DNA from: an uncultured Pseudomonadota bacterium
GTDB lineage: Bacteria; Oederibacteriota; Muellerivitia; Muellerivitales; Muellerivitaceae
Direction of reading: 5' to 3'
Assembly: GCA_963843375.1 (NCBI GenBank)
Contig: CAWJKT010000004.1
Span: forward strand, 128,001-192,000
Length of the DNA stretch: 64,000 nt
Under the pieces are notes generated by a model, which ran no database searches, was not told the origin of the DNA, and saw nothing but the letters and a program-made list of their open reading frames with translations. The position numbers and the translations under genes are program-made. Below, piece after piece: positions 49,904-58,684 of the stretch; the first letter of the stretch is position 1, and every line of letters starts with the position of its first letter.

Positions 49904-52014
49904 TTGTATATCGGTTCTTTCCCCTGGGAAGGGATTTTCAATTGCTCCAAAAGAGAAGCCGCATTGGTGAAATTCATAGGAGATTGGGTCGCTTTTTCCA
50001 AGTATTGGCGGGCCTTTGAAGGGCTTTGTTGGAGAATTTCTAATATGCCTAAGCGGTAGAAAATTTGAGCAGCTGGATAACCCTCACGCAAAGCCTCCTG
50101 AAGGCAGCCGATGCTTTCAGGAAAACGGCGGGCTTTGAAATCGTAGTCCGCCATCTTTTCCCAGAAACATGATCGTAAGAAAGGATCATCTTGGAAGGCA
50201 GGATAGGCATCCTCCAGAATCCGGAATGTTTCTGCGGAAGGTTGGCCCCAAAAGTAATTGATATTTTGAAAACTGGAATCCCGGAAGTTATCCAATGCCA
50301 AGTCAGCTTTGTACCAGCGCCGGAAAATGGGCCGGTTCGAATCGGTGATTGGAATTATCCAAAGCATCCGGCCGCCATCCGGAAGGTTAAAGTCCTTGGA
50401 GAGCCAATAGGCCTTTCCAACGCCGAACTGCCGTTCTAAAAAAGGACGGTAATGGACATTTACCAGTAGGGCTGCCCATTGGGCCTCCTCAAAGGATCTT
50501 TCTCGGTCTACCAGTGCATCGAAGGAGAAAGTTGCCAAGGAAAGAGTTTGATCGGAATTGTTGGGGTTGAAATCTTGGAAGACCAGTCCAGGCCCTTTCT
50601 TAAGAGATTCTTCCTTGAGGATGGGGAATGCCCGGTAACTATTGATGGATTTCACCGATTTCAACCAATAGTCGGGAGAATCCCAGAGATTCCGACTAGG
50701 TCCGGTCAAGTGATAAAAATCAACACCAATGGAAGTTAGAAAAAGGAATGTCAGCAAGATAGCAGCCCGGGAAGGGGCTAAACCATCTAAAAACCGGGAG
50801 ATACCCAAAGCGATCAAAGGAATAACGGCAGCTAGGACGGGAAGAACGCGGTAGTTTTCCGAATCCCGGCTGAGCATTCCAGGCAGCAAAAAGACTAATA
50901 GAGAAACCAACAGCCATTGATAGACTCCATCGGAGATGTTTTTAAAGGCTTCCAGGATGCCTAAAAAACAGAGGGATCCCAAGATGGGATTTAAGAACCC
51001 TCCCCAGGAAGGTTGATAGGTGTAAAACTCGAGCGGGATTCCCCAGAAGATGGATTGGAAATAGGAAAAATTTACTCTTAAATGATCCGGATTTGAGAGG
51101 TAACCAACGTAACCCGGAATGCCCGAACTAAAGGCCAATAAAGCGAAAGGAAGAGCCGCTAATGCGAAACCGATTGCAAAAAAACTAGCCATTGCCGGAG
51201 ATTTACGGGTTTGGTAAAAAACCGTCGCCCCTATCATGGCGATCACCGCCAACCAATGCAGATAAATGGCATAAAGGATAAGGCCTAATCCAAATCCCAA
51301 TATGAAAGCGAGAATTCGACGGTTCTTTTCTAAATTTGTTCTAAGTAATTTTCCCAACCCTAAAAAAACAATAGCTTCCGCCAAGGGAATCAAGGTTGTG
51401 CATTCGGAAAAGCGGGCCATGTACCAAACCCAAAAACAAAAAGCCATCAACAAAACGCAAAGGAAGGAAAAAGACCGAGAAAAATAATATCGGGCCGCCA
51501 GATAACAAATCGGAAGGGTTAGCGTGGAAAAAAAAGACGGCCAAAACCATAAGTTGGCCATAGAGGGCCCCCAAAGTCGGAACTGCAGAGCCAGCCACCA
51601 GGGATAAAAAGGAGGAACCTGGCTACTACTATAAAGTAAACGGGTCACTCCTTTTCTCATGATGGACAAAGCGAAAAAAAAATAACTACCTTCGTCCCCG
51701 TTAGGCCAGAAGAAAAGGGAGCTGAGCTTATAAAAACGGAAGAAGAGAGCCAGGCCCCCCAATATTCCCCAAATCCAAAGTGGTACTGTAGGAAGAAATT
51801 CTCTGGTGTAAAGGGGGCCGTCGGCACGCAGGGGTGTCCTACTGAAAACAGCAAAAACAAGGGGAAGAACCAGACCCGCCAGGCCCACTCCGAGAGCCCA
51901 TTTCGGCGACAAGTTAAAATAAGAAAGTAGAATATTAGCCAACAGAAAAACCAAAAAATAAATACGTGGACGGTAGGAGTATGGAAATTCTTTACCGAGG
52001 AAAAGTTTTGTCAT
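49900..52014 (-). CDS. GT-C membrane glycosyltransferase with C-terminal TPR-like helix pair, paralog 2
   Basis: WPNGDEG, YQPSWGGFLNP, SDQTL, GYPAAQIFYRLG; start chosen at ATG 52014. Confidence 0.8.
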   Translation of the reverse strand: MTKLFLGKEFPYSYRPRIYFLVFLLANILLSYFNLSPKWALGVGLAGLVLPLVFAVFSRTPLRADGPLYTREFLPTVPLWIWGILGGLALFFRFYKLSSLFFWPNGDEGSYFFFALSIMRKGVTRLLYSSSQVPPFYPWWLALQFRLWGPSMANLWFWPSFFSTLTLPICYLAARYYFSRSFSFLCVLLMAFCFWVWYMARFSECTTLIPLAEAIVFLGLGKLLRTNLEKNRRILAFILGFGLGLILYAIYLHWLAVIAMIGATVFYQTRKSPAMASFFAIGFALAALPFALLAFSSGIPGYVGYLSNPDHLRVNFSYFQSIFWGIPLEFYTYQPSWGGFLNPILGSLCFLGILEAFKNISDGVYQWLLVSLLVFLLPGMLSRDSENYRVLPVLAAVIPLIALGISRFLDGLAPSRAAILLTFLFLTSIGVDFYHLTGPSRNLWDSPDYWLKSVKSINSYRAFPILKEESLKKGPGLVFQDFNPNNSDQTLSLATFSFDALVDRERSFEEAQWAALLVNVHYRPFLERQFGVGKAYWLSKDFNLPDGGRMLWIIPITDSNRPIFRRWYKADLALDNFRDSSFQNINYFWGQPSAETFRILEDAYPAFQDDPFLRSCFWEKMADYDFKARRFPESIGCLQEALREGYPAAQIFYRLGILEILQQSPSKARQYLEKATQSPMNFTNAASLLEQLKIPSQGKEPIYK

Positions 52015-52024
52015 CGAATCTATT

Positions 52025-53362
52025 TTACTGGCCCTTAGACAGATATTCTGCGATTTTTTCTGCCGCCCGGTGTCCCGAATGGCATGCGCCCTCAATGGTG
52101 GCCGGAAGCCCGGTGGCAGTCCAATCCCCGGCGAGAAAAACATGAGGGAAAGGTGTTTCGGTGGGAAGGCGAAGAGAATTCGTTTCCTCTGTCCAGATAA
52201 AGGTGGCGGCCATCTCGCGGGTCACTTTAGCATGCAGAATCTCCGCGCTTCGGGATGAGGGGCAACGGTCTTGAAGTTCTTCTAAGGCCAGGGCGACCAG
52301 TTCATTTGCAGATTTACCGGCCAAGTCCTCTGCGGCGCTAGTCGTAAAGCTCAAGTATTGGCCTTTCCCTTGCCAACCCCAATTGGCATTGCGATTGAAA
52401 ACCCAGTCGAACCTTGCGCCGGAAAGGCCCACCATATGTTGGTCGGTTACTTTTTTAGAAAGGATCAAATGCACCGAAAGGATGGGGGACTTGCCCAACT
52501 TCGGCAATGCTTCCACTGCCCGCCAAGTATTTGGAGGCCAGAGGGCATAAAGCGAAGAAGGAGGAACGGCCCAAATCAAAGCGTCGCCGTTGAAAGTCTT
52601 GCCAGAGCGGGATGTTAATTGGAAATCCCTTCCTTCCACTCGGAAAGCTTGAATACCCTCGTGGAAATAAACGCTCCCGCCCTTTTGTTTTAGGTAAGCG
52701 ATAGTTTGGGGAAAGCCTAATTCGCTTAAGGGACGGGAAGGGACGGCCAGAGCACTGTTCCTCCGGCTCTGGAAAAAAATCCGGCGAAGGACTTCGCCTA
52801 AGCCTTTTATAGGGGCTATTTCCACCGGAACGTTCATTACCGAGTTACAGAGGGGAATCCAAAATCTTTCCCGGGCGAGAGATCCTTGATAGGTAGCATC
52901 CAGAAATTGGGCCACGGTTTTAACCCCCGCCTGTAAGGCAAAGGGCTTTTTAGAAAAAACCCTGAGGGCCAGGGCAAGATTAAGTTTTTCTCCAAAGGGA
53001 AAAGCATTGGACCAGAAAAGCCCCCAGACTAGATGGAAAGGCGCCGGAAGGGGAGCGCAGTTCAGCGAAACCGTGGAATGATTCTTTACCAGCCAGGAGA
53101 GCCGTAAGGGATCCAGCCAGTGGAAGGGTTCCTGTACGCCTATTCGATGAAAAAGCTTGAAGGTTTCATGATAACAACCCATGAGAAGATGGGGACCATT
53201 GTCCACCGGGGCTGGGAAATTTTCCAAAGTGGTGGTGGAGTAAACACGACCTCCGAGGGAACCGCGGGATTCCAGCAATTCCACCTGATAGCCGCGTTCC
53301 GCTAAAGACGTGGCGGCGGATATTCCCGCAAAGCCCCCACCCACAACGATTACTTTAGTCAT
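52025..53362 (-). CDS. hpnE: Hydroxysqualene dehydroxylase (squalene-associated FAD enzyme)
   Basis: VVGGGFAG, LGGR, VDNGPHLLMGCY, LAGDWTATGLPATIEGA; linked to hpnCD. Confidence 0.9.
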   Translation of the reverse strand: MTKVIVVGGGFAGISAATSLAERGYQVELLESRGSLGGRVYSTTTLENFPAPVDNGPHLLMGCYHETFKLFHRIGVQEPFHWLDPLRLSWLVKNHSTVSLNCAPLPAPFHLVWGLFWSNAFPFGEKLNLALALRVFSKKPFALQAGVKTVAQFLDATYQGSLARERFWIPLCNSVMNVPVEIAPIKGLGEVLRRIFFQSRRNSALAVPSRPLSELGFPQTIAYLKQKGGSVYFHEGIQAFRVEGRDFQLTSRSGKTFNGDALIWAVPPSSLYALWPPNTWRAVEALPKLGKSPILSVHLILSKKVTDQHMVGLSGARFDWVFNRNANWGWQGKGQYLSFTTSAAEDLAGKSANELVALALEELQDRCPSSRSAEILHAKVTREMAATFIWTEETNSLRLPTETPFPHVFLAGDWTATGLPATIEGACHSGHRAAEKIAEYLSKGQ

Positions 53363-53432
53363 AAAATTCCTCAAAATTGATCTCTTGATTATCCTTGGAG
53401 CAAAAAAGGCGGAATTAGGAATGACGCCTATT

Positions 53433-55571
53433 TTAAGGAGTTTTATCCACTCCGACATTTTTAAGTTTTATCTTTTGGTTCAATAAAACCAAGTTTTGGG
53501 CGGCAGGGGTTAAGTCCAGGGGAGAATCAATAGCTTTTTGATAAGCTTTTTTCGACTCCATCAATTTTCCCTTTTTCTCTAGCAGGAAGCCCTTATCGTT
53601 CCAAAGTTCAGGCAGGGAATAACCATGGGCCAAAGCTTGATTAATTGCGGATAGAACAGCGTCGTAATCACCCTCCACTTTTGAGTGAAAAATGACTTTT
53701 TCCCAAAAACAGGATTCGAGAAAAGGGTCTCCTTTTATTTCAGGGTGAATATTAAATAACAAATCCAGAATGGGTTTCGTAGTCTGTTCCGGATAATCAG
53801 TCATGATGGCGGTTGTAACCGCCTCGAGCTTTTGGTTTACGAGGATCCAATGTTTCAAGGTGGGTGCCGTTGACCCATTGAAAGGAATTACGCCCAACAT
53901 TTGGGCTTGGTTAGTCGTTGCGCCAATTTTCTCTAACCAAAACCAACGCCCTTGAGGAAATCGGGAGGCCAGGAATGGCTTGTAATTGGCGTTGATGACA
54001 ACCGCGATCCAGCGTACGTCCGAAAGTGAAAGAGCGGGGTTATGGGCGGCGTCAAAAGGGAAGGTTGCTGTCATCAGGGTGGTATCGGTCGGATTCGGCT
54101 GGAGGTCTAAGAGTAGCGCCCCGGTTCCTTCCTGTTCTCGGATCTGTTCCAGAATGTTGTATGCCTGGTCCAATTCCACCGATTTCATATTTTTCCAATA
54201 AGAATTAGGAACCCCCCAGAGGTGGTGATAAGGGCCCATGAGATGGTAAAGGTCAAAAAAAACAGAAGAGGCTAAAAGAAGACCCATGATCGGCGTCCGG
54301 TACTCCTTTTTCCAATCCGACGGCCAGGTTTTCAAAAGGTTTTGAGCTCCTATGGCGGAAACCAATATTAATAATGGAAAAATTTGAGTATTGCGGAATA
54401 TTTCAAACCCTTTGGATACCAGGCCTGGAAGACAAAAAAGTCCCAGTGACAAAAGGAGCCAAAGGTAAAAGCGGTTCCGATGGATTCGGAAGCACTCAAG
54501 GATTCCCCAAAAGAAAAAAGCATCCATAACAGGATTTAACATTCCTCCCCAAAGCGGACCATAACTTGCGGAAAGGGGGGCAATCCAAAATAAGGAGGCA
54601 AGATTTAACAACGCGTCTTTGAATGGGAGTTTGGAAACGTTTTGAAAGTGGAAAGTTCTTGCGCTTAAAAGATGAGAGCCGTAGTTTTTATTAATAGAAA
54701 TGTAAAGGAAAAAGGCGGAGACGAAAATTAAGGACGCAAAAAAAACCCAGAATTTTTTCTGGCTAGAACGGGAAACGAAAATGTATAAAACAGCTATTAC
54801 GACAGAAAATGCAACGACGGGCCAACTGATGGCAACAAAAAATCCAAGTCCGGTTATAAAGCCTAAAAAGAGACCGGGTTTAATTGTTTTATTGCTTGAA
54901 TTGGTTACGTAAAAACTTAGGGCCACGAGGGTTATAACTGTCCAAAAAAGAACCATGACCGGCCAAGTGCAAAACCGGGCTGAATAAAGAAAGGTGAAAT
55001 TGAATGATGCCATTGTCAATAAAAGAAAGGTGAAGGAGGCGGGAAATGTTTTTTTTGCCCCTACATAAATCACGAAAACCGTCACCACGGAGATTGTTGC
55101 TGGAAAAAGCCAAAGGGAAAAAAGCGAGGGTTCAATCCATTTATAAAATAAAGACAAGGCCCATACGGTTATAGGGGGGACTTGAACATAGCTGAAGAAA
55201 AAATTCCAATGCCATTTCCGGGCCAATTCCAAGGCATAAAAAGAGAAAAGGCCTTCGTCCGGCATGGGCCACGTAGAAAGTCGGGTCAGGTGCCAAAAGC
55301 GGACCAGGATCGCTCCGGCCAGAATTCCACAAGTCCAAAGATAATGGGGTTTAAATGAATCCTCGGGACCCACAGGGAGGTTCTCGTTTCTTTGAGATGA
55401 AAGGATGTAAAAGATCAAAAGAAGTCCGAATCCTAAAAGCCCAACCAAAACCTTTATAGCTGTGGAAAAAGAGGAATAGGAGAGAAAAATATTAATAAGA
55501 AGAAATATAAAAAAACATTTCCAGGAATGAAAATTAATCGGGATTTTTTCAAAAATATTATTTCTAATCAT
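53433..55571 (-). CDS. GT-C membrane glycosyltransferase with C-terminal TPR-like helix pair, paralog 1, between hpnD and hpnE
   Basis: WPMPDEG, YGPLWGGMLNP, TDTTL, DPFLESCFWEK; start overlaps the hpnD stop by 8 bp. Confidence 0.8.
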   Translation of the reverse strand: MIRNNIFEKIPINFHSWKCFFIFLLINIFLSYSSFSTAIKVLVGLLGFGLLLIFYILSSQRNENLPVGPEDSFKPHYLWTCGILAGAILVRFWHLTRLSTWPMPDEGLFSFYALELARKWHWNFFFSYVQVPPITVWALSLFYKWIEPSLFSLWLFPATISVVTVFVIYVGAKKTFPASFTFLLLTMASFNFTFLYSARFCTWPVMVLFWTVITLVALSFYVTNSSNKTIKPGLFLGFITGLGFFVAISWPVVAFSVVIAVLYIFVSRSSQKKFWVFFASLIFVSAFFLYISINKNYGSHLLSARTFHFQNVSKLPFKDALLNLASLFWIAPLSASYGPLWGGMLNPVMDAFFFWGILECFRIHRNRFYLWLLLSLGLFCLPGLVSKGFEIFRNTQIFPLLILVSAIGAQNLLKTWPSDWKKEYRTPIMGLLLASSVFFDLYHLMGPYHHLWGVPNSYWKNMKSVELDQAYNILEQIREQEGTGALLLDLQPNPTDTTLMTATFPFDAAHNPALSLSDVRWIAVVINANYKPFLASRFPQGRWFWLEKIGATTNQAQMLGVIPFNGSTAPTLKHWILVNQKLEAVTTAIMTDYPEQTTKPILDLLFNIHPEIKGDPFLESCFWEKVIFHSKVEGDYDAVLSAINQALAHGYSLPELWNDKGFLLEKKGKLMESKKAYQKAIDSPLDLTPAAQNLVLLNQKIKLKNVGVDKTP

Positions 55572-56445
55572 GAGACTTTATGTTTTTTTTAAAATCAGAC
55601 ACCAATTTCTTATCGGCCCATTTCCAAAAATGACATTGTCCAATAATGCCAATCACCGAAATTAATTTGTCCCATTTGGACAGTGTGATTCGGCCTTGCA
55701 GTATCCGGTAAGGATTGTTTTTAAGCTTTTGAAAGAGTTTCACGTAAACCGCGGCAATGGCTTCGGCGGTCGACAGTTCGGCCCTTTGGGACCGGGACAA
55801 GGATTGACGGGCTTTTTCAAGGAATCCCCAAGCCCGGTCCAGTTGGAACTCGACGAAGAGTTTCCAATGGGAATTATTTTCATCAATATTCTGTGGGTTC
55901 AAATGGAACCGCTTAAAATCTTCACTAGGAAAATAAATCCTTTTGATGGCTTTATCTTCCAGGAAGTCCCGGGCAACGTTCACGATTTGAAGGAAAACTC
56001 CCAAGTTTTCGGCGTATTCCCGGTGAGGCTTATCCTTGAAACCGAATATTTCCATGCTGGAAAGACCCGGTCCGCCCGCTACTTGAAGGGCGTAGTGGTG
56101 GAGTTCAGTGAATTTTTTGAAACGAACTGGCCGAAGATCCCTCTGCACCCCGTTCACAATGCGTTCCAAAGGCTCTCGTGTAAGGCCGAAACGTTGGACA
56201 ATTGTTTGAAATTGACAAAAAAAGTAATCCTTGGGTTTGCCACGGAAGGTATCCCGTAGGTTTTGCTTGAAACGGGCCAGCTTTCGACACTTTTCAACGA
56301 TGGTGCCGGGGCCGTCCGAAATCTCATCAGCCATCCAGCAAAAACGATAGAGAAGTTCCATGGCCTGTCGCTTCTCTTTATTCAAAAGAAGGAGCGGGTA
56401 ATAAAAACTGGTTTTATTTTCAAGGGACCCGATTTTAGGATTCAA
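55564..56445 (-). CDS. hpnD: Presqualene diphosphate synthase
   Basis: TSFYY, LYRFCWMADEISD, LGVFLQIVNVARDFLED...RIYFP. Confidence 0.85.
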   Translation of the reverse strand: MNPKIGSLENKTSFYYPLLLLNKEKRQAMELLYRFCWMADEISDGPGTIVEKCRKLARFKQNLRDTFRGKPKDYFFCQFQTIVQRFGLTREPLERIVNGVQRDLRPVRFKKFTELHHYALQVAGGPGLSSMEIFGFKDKPHREYAENLGVFLQIVNVARDFLEDKAIKRIYFPSEDFKRFHLNPQNIDENNSHWKLFVEFQLDRAWGFLEKARQSLSRSQRAELSTAEAIAAVYVKLFQKLKNNPYRILQGRITLSKWDKLISVIGIIGQCHFWKWADKKLVSDFKKNIKSHD

Positions 56446-56460
56446 AAAATCCTCAATATG

Positions 56461-57337
56461 TTAATTTTGTGGAAGGACCCGACTGAAAAGGGCTTTTAAA
56501 ACCAGGGAAAACTTGTCCATAGCGTTCCACGAGGGCCGATTTTGAACCACATTGTAGTCCAAGGTTTTGATTTTATTGAGGATTCCGTAGCCCCCCAAGT
56601 AAGTGGCTTTCATTTCCCACCTGAATCGTCCCGATCACCGATTCCAAGAGGGGATAACCTTTTTGAAAATAGTTTTCCGTATATTCCACCGCGTTTTTCA
56701 CCAATTGCCGAACCTTAGGTGAATCCTTTAAAGACAAAAGTTCTTTTTCTGCCACACCTGTTTTTTTCATTTCCTTCCGGGGGTAATAAATCCTATTTCG
56801 CCTCAAATCAATGGAAGTGTCCTGCCAGAAGTTGATGAGTTGGAGACCACTACAGATAAAATCGGAATAATCATGAAGTTTTTTATCCCGGATACCTGAA
56901 ATGTAGAGAACCATACGGCCGATGGGATTGGCGCTGTGACGGCAATAATAAAGAAGGTCATTCCAGGAAGCGTAGCGCTTAATGGTTAAATCCATTCGAT
57001 AAGCCTTCAATAAATTTAGGGGAAGAAGAAGGGGAATATGAAAAGTTTTCAAAGTATTGGCAAAGGCCTGAAGAATCTTGGGCGCTTTTTTACCCTTCAC
57101 TGCGGCTTTCAATTCCTTTTCCCACCGGTTCAGTTCGGGCAGGCGTTTTCCCTCGAAAACTTCCTCGTCGGCAAAGTCATCGGCGGTGCGGGAAAAAGCG
57201 TAAAGGGCCGCTACATGGGGCCGAGATTCCTTGGGTAAAAGAAGGGATGCCACCGGAAAATTCTCATAGTGGGAAAAAACCAGCTTTTGACACTGTTGGT
57301 AAGCAGATTCGAGATCTTTGGAAAAGGGCGATTTCAT
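56461..57337 (-). CDS. hpnC: Squalene synthase HpnC (one frameshift near 56632)
   Basis: HYENFPVAS, YAFSRTADDFAD, YCRHSANPIGR, LQLINFWQD; shifted frame supplies GRFRWEMKATYLGG...DYNV...RP to the stop at 56461. Confidence 0.9.
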
Positions 57338-57491
57338 TGAACAAGAATAAGCGCGGAAGGGTGTTGAGATAAACGCTTATTTTCCTTTGGAAAGGCATAA
57401 AAAGTAATGACCAATTCCAACATTAGAAATGATAAACTTTTCCCGAATATTTAATCTATTTCAGGTATGAACCAAGGGATTTCCAGAGCTC

Positions 57492-58565
57492 ATGACCTTG
57501 AACAAGTCCTTTCTACTTGGAGCTTTTTCCGCCTTTTTTGGCCTTTTGTTCTTATCCGAAATATTCCTCCGCCTGACTGTTCCCACTGGCTTTTGGTACC
57601 GCCATTTCGACTTATCCGGTGACATGACCAGCTTGGCCGAGCTTCGGGACCGACTTTCCTTTGCGGCTCCATCGGATCACAGGGTATTCTTATTAGGCGA
57701 CAGCGTATTAGGCGGCAGCGCCCTGATGGAACACCGAATTCCTGAAGCTCGATCCAAAACCCTTTCCAGGTTATTAAAAGTTAGCCTTGGGGCCGCCGAT
57801 ACCAATGCGATTAGCTTAGGTTCGGATGGGCTTCTTTTACCCGACATTGAGGGTTTGACGAAGGAATTCTCCAACGCACTCCCGGATAAGATCCTACTTA
57901 TCTTGAATTTTCGAATGTTTTCCAAGGAATTCGGTGAAGGCGCCAAAGCCCTTTCGCGTAATTTCTTACTTCCGGATCTGCCTGGTGAAATCCAAAAAAG
58001 ATTAAGACCGGATAAATTACCCACAGCCGAAGCTCAATTGAGCGACCGGCTTTACGCGGGAATGTGTGACCATTGGTTTCTTTTCCGTGAAACCCAAATG
58101 CTCAAGACTCTATGGTATTACCCCAGCCAAAAGGATTTTCTTCAACGCCTGCTTGAGCAAGTGGTGGGAAAAAACGAAGACCAGGCGGACATGATTGAGG
58201 CGGCTTTGAAACAAAAGATCGCTTCCTACTATCAACCCTATCTTTGGGATCCCGATGCACTTCCCTTGAATTGCCTGAAAAGGATTCTGGATCAATGGAC
58301 GGAAAAACATATTCCCGTCGAGGTGATATTGACTCCCCAGAATAAAAAATTTTTAGGAAGCTACTTGGATAAACCCAGCTTCGAGAAGAACCGAAAAACA
58401 TTGGCGGTATTTATGAAGAATTACACCCAACAAGGTGTGGCCTATCTCGATTGGGCGGACCGGTTTGATAGCAAGGCTTTTTTGGATCACTGCCATTTGA
58501 CCCCTGAGGGGAACGAACAATACGCCAAAGATTTAATCCAAGTTTTGGGAAAAGGGACACAATGA
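57492..58565 (+). CDS. Membrane-anchored SGNH/GDSL-fold protein (DltD/AlgJ-like acyltransferase)
   Basis: N-terminal TM; VFLLGDS (catalytic Ser); C-terminal FLDHCHLTPEG (DxxH). Confidence 0.8.
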   Translation: MTLNKSFLLGAFSAFFGLLFLSEIFLRLTVPTGFWYRHFDLSGDMTSLAELRDRLSFAAPSDHRVFLLGDSVLGGSALMEHRIPEARSKTLSRLLKVSLGAADTNAISLGSDGLLLPDIEGLTKEFSNALPDKILLILNFRMFSKEFGEGAKALSRNFLLPDLPGEIQKRLRPDKLPTAEAQLSDRLYAGMCDHWFLFRETQMLKTLWYYPSQKDFLQRLLEQVVGKNEDQADMIEAALKQKIASYYQPYLWDPDALPLNCLKRILDQWTEKHIPVEVILTPQNKKFLGSYLDKPSFEKNRKTLAVFMKNYTQQGVAYLDWADRFDSKAFLDHCHLTPEGNEQYAKDLIQVLGKGTQ

Positions 58566-58684
58566 GGAATGTAGAATTCTGGAAGGGTTTCGGAATTGGT
58601 GTAGTTTTGTTCGCCATGTTCCTGGCGATTCTTCTTTTTTCAGGCGACCTATCAGCTTCCAAATTCATCTATGTGGATTTTTAA
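58562..58684 (+). CDS. 40-aa single-TM DltX-like peptide (absent from the ORF track)
   Basis: MRNVEFWKGFGIGVVLFAMFLAILLFSGDLSASKFIYVDF*; ATGA overlap upstream; its TAA abuts the MBOAT GTG; terminal F-I-Y-x-x-F motif. Confidence 0.85.
   Translation: MRNVEFWKGFGIGVVLFAMFLAILLFSGDLSASKFIYVDF

Noticed and set aside
52015..52143. Long N-terminal extensions in the ORF track (also 53363-53458, 6347-6508, 59782-59904)
   Set aside because: Most overlap neighbouring genes, and downstream ATGs fit the RBS, signal peptides or paralog alignments better
40704..55571. Diversity-generating retroelement acting on the GT paralogs
   Set aside because: No reverse transcriptase and no near-identical repeat pair with adenine-specific differences; the paralogs are divergent throughout
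55564..57337. Carotenoid (crtB/crtM) cluster
   Set aside because: HYENFPVAS in the first synthase and the linked HpnE-type flavoprotein indicate hpnCDE; no carotenoid desaturase or cyclase seen
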